IMG/VR virus record: IMGVR_UViG_2675903661_000003 | Direction: 5' to 3' (one strand) | From: a virus | Lineage: Duplodnaviria; Heunggongvirae; Uroviricota; Caudoviricetes | DNA: 8,213 nucleotides | In this document: positions 1 to 6,131 of the stretch, in pieces | Layout: the number at the start of each line of letters is the position of its first letter | Position numbering within the stretch: position 1 is the first letter of the stretch | The notes under the pieces: generated by a model | What the model was told of the DNA's origin: nothing | The model's input: only the letters and a program-made list of their open reading frames with translations | The model's database searches: none | Made by a program: the position numbers and the translations under genes

Positions 1-75
1 TGATTCTGCTCTGGAGTGTACGAAGCTGAGCCATGTAAAATCCCCGTCATATGGCAATCAGTAAAGGAAATAAAT

Positions 76-276
76 ATGTCATCGAAAAACCGGACCCGCA
101 GAACCACAACCCGCAATATCCGTTTCCCCAATCACATGATTGAACAGATCAACATCGCCCTTGAGCATAAAGGGTCCGGTAACTTTTCAGCGTGGGTTAT
201 TGAAGCCTGCCGGAGAAGGCTGGCAACAGATGCAACGCATCTGCGTCCGGCCAGCATGACAAATAACGAGAAATGA
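76..276 (+). CDS. Small ribbon-helix-helix-like DNA-binding protein (66 aa), putative transcriptional regulator
   Basis: ATG at 76 preceded by AAGGAA about 8 nt upstream; the ORF-track start at 16 is GTG with no obvious RBS. The stretch RNIRFPNHMIEQINIALEHKGSGNFSAWVIEACRRRL fits a beta-strand/helix/turn/helix layout typical of Arc/MetJ/CopG folds. Family assignment is from memory, not a search. Confidence 0.5.
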   Translation: MSSKNRTRRTTTRNIRFPNHMIEQINIALEHKGSGNFSAWVIEACRRRLATDATHLRPASMTNNEK

Positions 277-407
277 ACGTTCGGTTACAGGAGCAGCTAC
301 CCACTGTCCTCCAACAATATTTCATCTTCATACCCGGCGGAACAAGACTTACCCAGCCGGGATGTACAGAATAACAACAGAGTGATAATTAATTTCTGAT
401 GAAATAA

Positions 408-740
408 TCAGGGTGCAGAAGGACTAAAGATAAACGTTTTCTTCACGCCTTTACGCGGCCTGTCCTTCTCAAATCGCCATTTTGCCATCGCCTTTACAAC
501 CTGCTCATCAAACAGATGGTGTGGCTCTGAACGGATAAACTCAATTCGGGTGACAGTACCATCAGCACCAATATCAAACTTCACATCAACCCGTCCCTTT
601 ATATAATTTGCCGCTGCATAGGCCGGATATTGTGGTAATGCCTTAACCAACTGTCGGGGCATATCTGTTTTATGTTGCGTACAGCCCATAACCAGAGAAG
701 ACAACAAAATAATTAACGGAAGATTTCTTTTCATTTTCAT
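408..740 (-). CDS. TonB C-terminal-domain lipoprotein (moron-like accessory gene)
   Basis: ATG starts at 740 or 734; the track start at 749 is GTG. N-terminus MKMKRNLPLIILLSSLVMGC has a signal peptide and lipobox-like LVMGC. The C-terminal part (LPQYPAYAAANYIKGRVDVKFDIGADGTVTRIEFIRSEPHHLFDEQVVKAMAKWRFE) matches the TonB_C pattern. A GGGA motif lies upstream. Confidence 0.7.
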   Translation of the reverse strand: MKMKRNLPLIILLSSLVMGCTQHKTDMPRQLVKALPQYPAYAAANYIKGRVDVKFDIGADGTVTRIEFIRSEPHHLFDEQVVKAMAKWRFEKDRPRKGVKKTFIFSPSAP

Positions 741-759
741 TCCCGGCACAGATAAGAAT

Positions 760-800
760 AAGTCTTATTCTAACAATGCCACCCTGTCGGCCATCAATCC
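760..800 (-). promoter_or_regulatory. Candidate sigma70-type promoter for the TonB-like lipoprotein gene
   Basis: On the minus strand an extended -10-like TGTTAGAAT (plus coordinates about 767-775) sits about 25-30 nt upstream of the ATG at 740; the -35 is poor. The 750-1079 interval has no convincing ORF. Confidence 0.2.
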
Positions 801-1079
801 TCTGCTTAATGGCAACGACAATTATCCGACTTAAATCACAAATCAGACACATGACATAACAGGTCATGCGAGGTAACACATCGTCCGGTTTCTTCCACCA
901 TCGCACCGGACCAGCGACCATGAGGGGACAACGCCGCGCTCCGTTAACGCGGTAAACCCCGGTGTGTATCGTTTTTGATTATCCCCGCACACTCGCGCAG
1001 AGGAGTCTCCCTGTCGGGCTGCGGTCTCTGTTAATACGGGAATACGGCGACAATACCGCGCCATGGATAATAAGGTCGC

Positions 1080-1304
1080 TCAACACACTGGCTGTAATGC
1101 AGCGGATACCATGCGGCATTTAGCGGCATTCATCGTACACTCAACGGTTAGCTCTTCATTCGTGGCATTCACCTGAAAGGTCCGGGAGTGTAATTGCGTA
1201 CATTTACCACTGAACGAACCTTCAACAAGAACACGACCACGCTGCAAAATACGGAACGGAATTGTTCCCTGAAAAGGTTCTACGGTTACCCGTAATTTCT
1301 TCAT
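1080..1304 (-). CDS. Hypothetical 74-aa protein, translationally coupled to Rz
   Basis: Its ATG (1304-1302) overlaps the Rz stop (1303-1301) in an ATGA arrangement, with GGAGG 5 nt upstream. No signal peptide and no recognisable motif. Confidence 0.55.
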   Translation of the reverse strand: MKKLRVTVEPFQGTIPFRILQRGRVLVEGSFSGKCTQLHSRTFQVNATNEELTVECTMNAAKCRMVSAALQPVC

Positions 1305-1804
1305 GTATCCTCCGGATAATAAAAAGCCAGCTTAGTGCACTGAGTGCGTATATATTCCTGCGCCCCTTCCAACTGCTTCTGCATTGTCATCAACCGTTCT
1401 CTGAGGATGAAATAATCCCGTTCAGCGGTGTCTGCCAGTCGGGGGCCGGTTGCATTATCCACGCCGGAGGTGCCGGTGGCTTCACGCACGGTACCGGTGC
1501 AGGTGGCGTTGATCCGCAGGCGCTTACGACCAGCGGCAATATCAGCACGCAGAGTTTCATTTTCAGCTCTCGCATCGGCTAATTCCCTCGAGTATTTTGC
1601 ATCGAGCGCAGCAACATCACGCTGGCGCACCTGCATGTCAGTAATGGTGGCATTCGCCTGTTCCAGCTCTCTGGCTTTTTTATCGCGCTGCGCTTTGTAG
1701 GTGATGGCGTTATCGCGGTAATGATTCAGCCCCAGACTAAGCGCACCACAGACCACCAGCAGAATAACAGTAAACGCGGAAAGAATTCGGTTTATGCTCA
1801 CCAT
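1301..1804 (-). CDS. Rz: Rz-type i-spanin (inner-membrane spanin subunit)
   Basis: N-terminal TM helix followed by LNHYRDNAITYKAQRDK...DVAALDAKY...SGVDNA..PRLADTAERDYF.LRERL.TMQKQLEG, closely resembling lambda Rz as I recall it. ATG at 1804. Confidence 0.9.
   Translation of the reverse strand: MVSINRILSAFTVILLVVCGALSLGLNHYRDNAITYKAQRDKKARELEQANATITDMQVRQRDVAALDAKYSRELADARAENETLRADIAAGRKRLRINATCTGTVREATGTSGVDNATGPRLADTAERDYFILRERLMTMQKQLEGAQEYIRTQCTKLAFYYPEDT
1390..1575 (-). CDS. Rz1: Rz1-type o-spanin lipoprotein, embedded in Rz in the +1 frame
   Basis: Fully nested in Rz. Signal peptide with lipobox (LVVSAC) and a proline-rich mature region CVKPPAPPAWIMQPAPDWQTPLNGIIS nearly identical to the lambda Rz1 motif. 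Alternative start at 1560 (MKLCVL...). Confidence 0.85.
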   Translation of the reverse strand: MRELKMKLCVLILPLVVSACGSTPPAPVPCVKPPAPPAWIMQPAPDWQTPLNGIISSSENG

Positions 1805-1812
1805 GCCCCCTG

Positions 1813-2580
1813 TCAGAAATTGCAGATTATCAGCTCGCTGACACTGCTTGTCTTACCACGTGGTACAGTATAACGATGAGCAACATGATGAATATTCATC
1901 CCCTCAAACAATCGTCTCATTTCCTGCGTATCGTTCAGGGATATAATCATTTTGCCTTTTATTGTGCGGGCAAGTTCTGCCATGCGCTCATAATTGCAGA
2001 ATGAAAAATCAATGCCGTAACCACCATCCAACCAATACGGAGGATCGCAGTAAAACAGCGTTGTCGGGCGGTCATACCGTGCGATACAGACCTCCCAGTC
2101 AAGGTGTTCAATAGTTGCCCGCGCCAGCCGATCACGGGCTTCCTGCAATAACTGCTCTGTATTCCCGGGGATTATCTGCGGTCTGTGAGTTTTAACTCCA
2201 AATGCCCGACTGTATGCTCTTCCGCCATACGCGCACTTCTGGATAAAAAAGAAACGGACAGCCCGCTGGATATCCGTCATGTACTCCGTGTGCTGATTTA
2301 TCACCTCATTCCACATCTCACGACTGGCGAGCATCCACTGAAACTGGCGGGAAAATTCCTCCTGGTGGTACTTCACCACACGGTAGAGATTAACGATATC
2401 ACTGTTTATATCGTTGATGATTTCAGCGCAGCTCGGTTTTTTCATAAAGAACAGTGCCGCACCGCCACAGAACGGTTCCACATACAGAGTGTGCTCAGGA
2501 AATAACGGCAGAATATGTTTTGCCAGACGACGCTTCCCTCCTAACCACGGGAGAAACGGTTTTGCAGAGTTATTATTCAT
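1813..2580 (-). CDS. dam: Dam-family N6-adenine DNA methyltransferase (orphan, phage-encoded)
   Basis: PWLGGKRRL near the N-terminus, EPFCGGAALFF (AdoMet-binding motif I-like) and a DPPY catalytic motif. ATG at 2580 with GGTGGTG upstream. No adjacent restriction endonuclease candidate is visible. Confidence 0.85.
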   Translation of the reverse strand: MNNNSAKPFLPWLGGKRRLAKHILPLFPEHTLYVEPFCGGAALFFMKKPSCAEIINDINSDIVNLYRVVKYHQEEFSRQFQWMLASREMWNEVINQHTEYMTDIQRAVRFFFIQKCAYGGRAYSRAFGVKTHRPQIIPGNTEQLLQEARDRLARATIEHLDWEVCIARYDRPTTLFYCDPPYWLDGGYGIDFSFCNYERMAELARTIKGKMIISLNDTQEMRRLFEGMNIHHVAHRYTVPRGKTSSVSELIICNF

Positions 2581-2849
2581 TTCACCACCAGCGGATTTCC
2601 CGGATTAGAACCGCAATTGCCACAATGCGAATGGCAAATGCCGTTGCCCGAATAAATTCAGTACTCATCTGTTTAAATAAATTGTCGTCATCAGTCACTG
2701 TCACCCCACCAGCCCTGCCGAACTCAACGCCATCCAGGCTATGGAAAGAAAAAGAGCAACCATCATTAGCGAAAATGAAACGCCGACAATCACACAGATG
2801 GTCTTCGCCAGCGTTATGAGTTTGCCTGATATCATTAGACGCCACTCCA

Positions 2850-3416
2850 TCAATCCGTCTTTGTGATTTTTCCTTTGCCTGTATCAGCCAGGACAAAACC
2901 AATCAGCAGATTCGCTTCGTTTATCAACGTGCGAATTTTTGATACATGCGCGGCTTTAACCAGTTTCCATTCGTTTAACCCTGTACCAAACAGACTGGCA
3001 ATATTTTTATCCCGTTTCATGTCAGCGCATGCCTGGTTGAGTTCTTCCATCACGCTCATTTGACGAGGATTAACGACAAAACCCTTCGTCCAGTATTCAT
3101 AGAGAACATCGTCGCACTCTTCCTGATACTGGATAACCTTGTCGCGGATTCCGGGTTTTACTTTGTTGGGATTGATGGTTTGTAACCAGCCTGCAAGTTT
3201 TCGAAGTGGCAGGGACACCATATTGCGTCGTTTCCCGTCCTCAGCAACCATAACGATTTCCGTTATAGTTGACGCAAAACGCTGTCTTAACTTAGCCAAC
3301 TGTGATTGCCAGGCCAGCCCCATCCCCGCAACGACAGGTTTGGGAACGTATGGTTCGCCGTTATGGTTAACCACATAAAGAGAATCGCCGTGAAACGGCA
3401 CGGTTATCATATTCAT
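2850..3416 (-). CDS. Phage antirepressor-like protein (P22 AR N-terminal-domain-like)
   Basis: N-terminus MNMITVPFHGDSLYVVNHNGEPYVPKPVVAGMGLAW resembles the conserved start of P22_AR_N antirepressor-family proteins as I recall them. AAAGGAAA RBS about 7 nt upstream of the ATG at 3416. Family assignment unverified. Confidence 0.55.
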   Translation of the reverse strand: MNMITVPFHGDSLYVVNHNGEPYVPKPVVAGMGLAWQSQLAKLRQRFASTITEIVMVAEDGKRRNMVSLPLRKLAGWLQTINPNKVKPGIRDKVIQYQEECDDVLYEYWTKGFVVNPRQMSVMEELNQACADMKRDKNIASLFGTGLNEWKLVKAAHVSKIRTLINEANLLIGFVLADTGKGKITKTD

Positions 3417-3690
3417 CGGTTATTTCCTTTTAGTGATGAACCCTGCGCACAGGAATAACCAGCCCAAAGAGGGTTAACCAGACCACTGCCGGTTATCCAC
3501 CAGGGCTCATCCTGAAAGGTTCTTTGGTTTATTTACGCTTGTGCGAAGCGCAGAAATGCCAAAGGCACCATTACGGTGCCTCTGCGTGAAACAATGTTCC
3601 TGACTTTATTCACTTCGGTTTTGCCAGTTCGCAGGATTTCGTGTTATCCGTCCGCGTTGGCCAACGTCATTTTTCAGCAAAATATTCTGC

Positions 3691-4224
3691 TTATCTGTCG
3701 ATACCCCAGCACGCCAGCGCGCTCTCCTGGTCACGACGGGATACCTGACCATAACAATTATTTGAGCGGATACGGCAGTCCCTGCCACCGTCCTTAATCC
3801 ACCAGCGAATCGCTTCACACGCTCCCCTGCGATCGCCTGCATTAATTCGTTTATAAAACGTCGACGGGAAACACTTACCGGGGCCAATGTTATACGGGCA
3901 GAATGACGCGATCCCCGCTTTCTGGGGTTCAGTCAGTGGCACCCGGATGTTTTTCTCCACCCATGCCAGCGCCTTATCACGCTCAATGGCGTTAACCTGG
4001 TCGCATTTTTTCTTCGACAACTTCATGCCCGGGACGACAGGTTTGCCATCCACCCTGGTGGCACCACGACAAATGGTCCAGATACCCGCACCATCACGGT
4101 ATGCCGTGGTGTGGTTACCTTCTTTTTCATCCAGAAACTGGTCGAGAATATCAGGCGCAGGCGCCCCTGCGGCAATCAGCGCCAGAACGGCAGCCGACAG
4201 GCCGTATTTGATTTTGGTGTTCAT
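3691..4224 (-). CDS. R: GH24 (T4-lysozyme-like) endolysin with N-terminal SAR or signal sequence
   Basis: Catalytic E-x8-D-x5-T triad within EGNHTTAYRDGAGIWTICRGAT. N-terminal Gly/Ala-rich hydrophobic stretch YGLSAAVLALIAAGAPA is typical of signal-anchor-release endolysins that pair with pinholins. Weak RBS. Confidence 0.88.
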   Translation of the reverse strand: MNTKIKYGLSAAVLALIAAGAPAPDILDQFLDEKEGNHTTAYRDGAGIWTICRGATRVDGKPVVPGMKLSKKKCDQVNAIERDKALAWVEKNIRVPLTEPQKAGIASFCPYNIGPGKCFPSTFYKRINAGDRRGACEAIRWWIKDGGRDCRIRSNNCYGQVSRRDQESALACWGIDR

Positions 4225-4278
4225 GGATATTTATCAGGATTTATCGGTTCCGAATCCCTGGATATGTTAAGCCTTCAC

Positions 4279-4293
4279 CCCACCAGTGGTGGG
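4279..4293. promoter_or_regulatory. Palindromic operator-like site CCCACCA-G-TGGTGGG in the divergent intergenic region
   Basis: Perfect 7-bp inverted-repeat arms around a single central nucleotide, lying between the endolysin start (4224, minus) and the plus ORF start (4355). Confidence 0.2.
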
Positions 4294-4354
4294 CACTGGC
4301 GGGTTCTTAATTTCCCCGGATGATCGTGGATTACATTCCACCAGGAGATTACTT

Positions 4355-4987
4355 ATGCTTATCTATCCAGCGGCAGACCTCCGTTTACAGGGACGCAGAG
4401 CACAACCATGGGATAAAACAACCACTCATAAATATCGTCCCGGTCAATATTATGACTTTCGTAAACACCCGGAACTGATCGAGACACACCTTGAGGATTT
4501 TGTTGAATATTCAGACAGACAAGCGATTCAGACCTTTTTTTCTTTTGTTAAGTGGATCAACAGCAATTCATCTGCATTCGAGAGCACGGACTGCATGTTT
4601 TCAGGAACACCAAAGGTTGATGAATACGCCCCGGTATTTGGTTGCACCCATGCGTCATCTGGCCGCTTCGAATTTTTGTTTCGCGATACGAAAATAAACC
4701 AAAATGAGCGAGCTGTCGGATGGGTACTTAACAAACTATCGCTCTACCTTCAGAAAGAACGGCCCGATTTTTGTAAAGGAACCTTTGGCATCGTTCCCCT
4801 CATGACGGAATATACCGACTCCGGCGGTAACGAGTTCACCGGTTATCGTATTTGTGTCTATTTCGATGCTTACGGGAATGGAACAGAGGATACCTGGACT
4901 TCTCTCAACATCATGTTTGATGGCCTCATGAAAGCCACCAAAAGAATGAGCAATGAAACAATCACTGGCGAGATGCGTCCCCTTTAA
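4355..4987 (+). CDS. Hypothetical protein (210 aa), unknown function, opposite strand to the late operon
   Basis: ATG at 4355 with AGGAGA 6 nt upstream; the track ORF begins earlier at 4286 with no convincing start. It is the only long frame across 4355-4735. No TM segment and no motif I can name. A hairpin plus T8 lies about 100 nt downstream. Visibly more AT-rich than flanking phage genes. Confidence 0.5.
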   Translation: MLIYPAADLRLQGRRAQPWDKTTTHKYRPGQYYDFRKHPELIETHLEDFVEYSDRQAIQTFFSFVKWINSNSSAFESTDCMFSGTPKVDEYAPVFGCTHASSGRFEFLFRDTKINQNERAVGWVLNKLSLYLQKERPDFCKGTFGIVPLMTEYTDSGGNEFTGYRICVYFDAYGNGTEDTWTSLNIMFDGLMKATKRMSNETITGEMRPL

Positions 4988-5527
4988 AAAATTATCCAGA
5001 ATCTCACTATTTGCAGAGCGCTCTCTGTTTTTTTGAATACGGAAACACTCTGCGAGATTTCTGCTCATCACTTTCCGGCAATAATCGTAAAACGCCGCGA
5101 ACTGCTCATCACGGCGTTTTTTTTCACCTTCGGAAGGGATCTGCACCGACAGTTTTTTATTCAGTTCAACGACGCTGTTCTCCAGTTTTTCAATGCGTGA
5201 TTCGATATCATCTTTTTCTGACTGTATCGTGTTATATGCATTGTTAATTTGTATGGTATACCGCTCTTCTGAACAGAGGCGCTTTTCCGGCAACGGTTCG
5301 TTCCCTTCACATAACCCGGCAGCAATATCCATGAAAAACTGCTTCGCCTTCTTTTTCGCCTCAGCTTCGTAAAACTCCAGCGGGGCACCTTCAACACGAT
5401 CAAGATCAATCACCACATTTGGCAACAACAGTGACGTATACCCACCAGTTTCCAGCGCCACAGTAACAGTAATCTTATCCGGGTAAATATTTATCCCTTT
5501 AACAACCAGTTCGTATTGTTTATTCAT
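4736..5527 (-). CDS. Hypothetical protein (263 aa) with a central coiled-coil-like segment, immediately downstream of the holin
   Basis: ATG at 5527 lies 3 nt after the holin stop, with GGGAGAG upstream. It is the only long frame across 4988-5527. Contains a heptad-like segment IQSEKDDIESRIEKLENSVVELNKKL. The last 252 nt overlap the plus ORF antiparallel, so the true 3' end is uncertain. Confidence 0.5.
   Translation of the reverse strand: MNKQYELVVKGINIYPDKITVTVALETGGYTSLLLPNVVIDLDRVEGAPLEFYEAEAKKKAKQFFMDIAAGLCEGNEPLPEKRLCSEERYTIQINNAYNTIQSEKDDIESRIEKLENSVVELNKKLSVQIPSEGEKKRRDEQFAAFYDYCRKVMSRNLAECFRIQKNRERSANSEILDNFLKGTHLASDCFIAHSFGGFHEAIKHDVERSPGILCSIPVSIEIDTNTITGELVTAGVGIFRHEGNDAKGSFTKIGPFFLKVER
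5089..5124 (+). terminator. Candidate intrinsic terminator (hairpin plus T8) downstream of the plus ORF, inside the minus ORF
   Basis: AAAACGCCG, a loop of about 14 nt, then CGGCGTTTTTTTT. The A-tract on the other side gives a weaker reverse-orientation terminator. The loop is longer than canonical. Confidence 0.4.
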
Positions 5528-5530
5528 CGT

Positions 5531-5746
5531 CTACTCTCCCCGCGCCGCCTTACGCCGGTCTTCTTTAATTTTGAAATACAGGTTCGTCAGATATGTCAGC
5601 AGCCCAAACAGCAGACTCCCCAGCACGCCTATTGCCGCCCACTGAGACGGGGAAACCCTGTCCAGCAACTGCAGGAACCAGTAGCCCGTTCCCACCGCTG
5701 ACGTGGTGTATGACACACCTGTTGTGATTTTTTCCATCTGGTACAT
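5531..5746 (-). CDS. S: Class II holin / pinholin of the phage 21 S type, with dual-start motif
   Basis: [71 protein letters not shown] matches the S21 pinholin as I recall it. Two Met codons three codons apart (5746 and 5737) give the antiholin/holin dual start. The track start at 5764 is GTG. Confidence 0.85.
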   Translation of the reverse strand: MYQMEKITTGVSYTTSAVGTGYWFLQLLDRVSPSQWAAIGVLGSLLFGLLTYLTNLYFKIKEDRRKAARGE

Positions 5747-5821
5747 ACCCCGTCTCCCGCACACGGAAGCTCACAACATGAAAAAGGCCAGCAGTACTTT
5801 ACTGATGGCCCTGACTCACCC

Positions 5822-6106
5822 TTACAGCATGGTGCCCGGTTCAGGTTGTGCTTCAGTCGCATCAACCACCGGTGATTCCGGTTGAATATCGCCGTTTTCT
5901 GAGGTGATATCTTCCGGTTGCGGTTCCGGCTCTGGCTGTTCGCCTGGCTGCTCTCCCAGTATCGTATCCAGAATCGCATCCACATCTGCTTCTATCTGCG
6001 CTTCAAATGTCTGGCGGACTTTCTGTTTCAGTGCTCCACGCACATCTTCTGAGCGCAGCGCGTCTTTCACTGCATCAGCAGTGACCAGGGGTTTTACTTC
6101 TGACAT
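5822..6106 (-). CDS. Hypothetical acidic protein (94 aa) with a Pro/Glu-rich tail
   Basis: ATG at 6106 (MSEVKPLVTADAVKDALRSEDVRGALKQ...). The longer track ORF from 6268 is GTG-initiated and would overlap the neighbouring ORF. C-terminal low-complexity EQPGEQPEPEPQPEDITSENGDIQPESP. Weak RBS. Confidence 0.45.
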   Translation of the reverse strand: MSEVKPLVTADAVKDALRSEDVRGALKQKVRQTFEAQIEADVDAILDTILGEQPGEQPEPEPQPEDITSENGDIQPESPVVDATEAQPEPGTML

Positions 6107-6131
6107 AGGGTTTTCTCGTTGAAAGGGGTTG

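Noticed and set aside
277-407. Possible terminator between the convergent RHH-like and TonB-like genes
   Set aside because: Only a 6-bp stem (CCCGGC/GCCGGG) with a loop of about 17 nt and no U-tract. Not convincing as an intrinsic terminator.
670-1064. Minus-strand ORFs 670..921 and 864..1064 in the gap upstream of the TonB-like gene
   Set aside because: They overlap each other and the lipoprotein gene, have no RBS, and have Cys/Arg-rich junk-like composition. The region is more likely promoter/UTR.
1262-1700. Plus-strand ORFs 1262..1582 and 1428..1700
   Set aside because: They are antisense shadows of Rz/Rz1, have alternative (TTG) starts and low-complexity Ala/Ser/Arg-rich translations.
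2185-2819. Plus-strand ORFs 2185..2505, 2414..2608 and 2454..2819
   Set aside because: Antisense to the well-supported Dam methyltransferase gene, with no RBS and no motifs.
2582-2902. 106-aa minus-strand ORF between the methyltransferase and antirepressor-like genes
   Set aside because: It starts with TTG inside the antirepressor-like gene, has no RBS, its first internal ATG would give only about 28 aa, and the sequence is junk-like. Treated as a chance ORF in a non-coding gap.
2863-3378. Plus-strand ORFs 2863..3063 and 3139..3378
   Set aside because: Antisense to the antirepressor-like gene; composition is not protein-like.
3576-4323. ORFs 3576..3797 (+), 3606..3887 (-), 3887..4270 (+) and 4111..4323 (+)
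   Set aside because: They overlap the endolysin gene in other frames or antisense. The endolysin has the catalytic triad and is clearly the real gene.
4491-4734. ORFs 4491..4697 (+) and 4528..4734 (-) inside the 210-aa plus ORF
   Set aside because: Short alternative-frame or antisense ORFs without an RBS. The 4355..4987 frame is the only long, RBS-supported one.
5011-5409. ORFs 5011..5247 (+) and 5161..5409 (-) inside the 263-aa minus ORF
   Set aside because: Cys- and Arg/Lys-rich junk-like translations in off frames.
5516-5985. ORFs 5516..5701 (+), 5565..5774 (-), 5629..5985 (-), 5703..5885 (+) and 5904..6122 (+) around the holin
   Set aside because: They overlap the recognisable pinholin or the acidic ORF in other frames, with no independent support.
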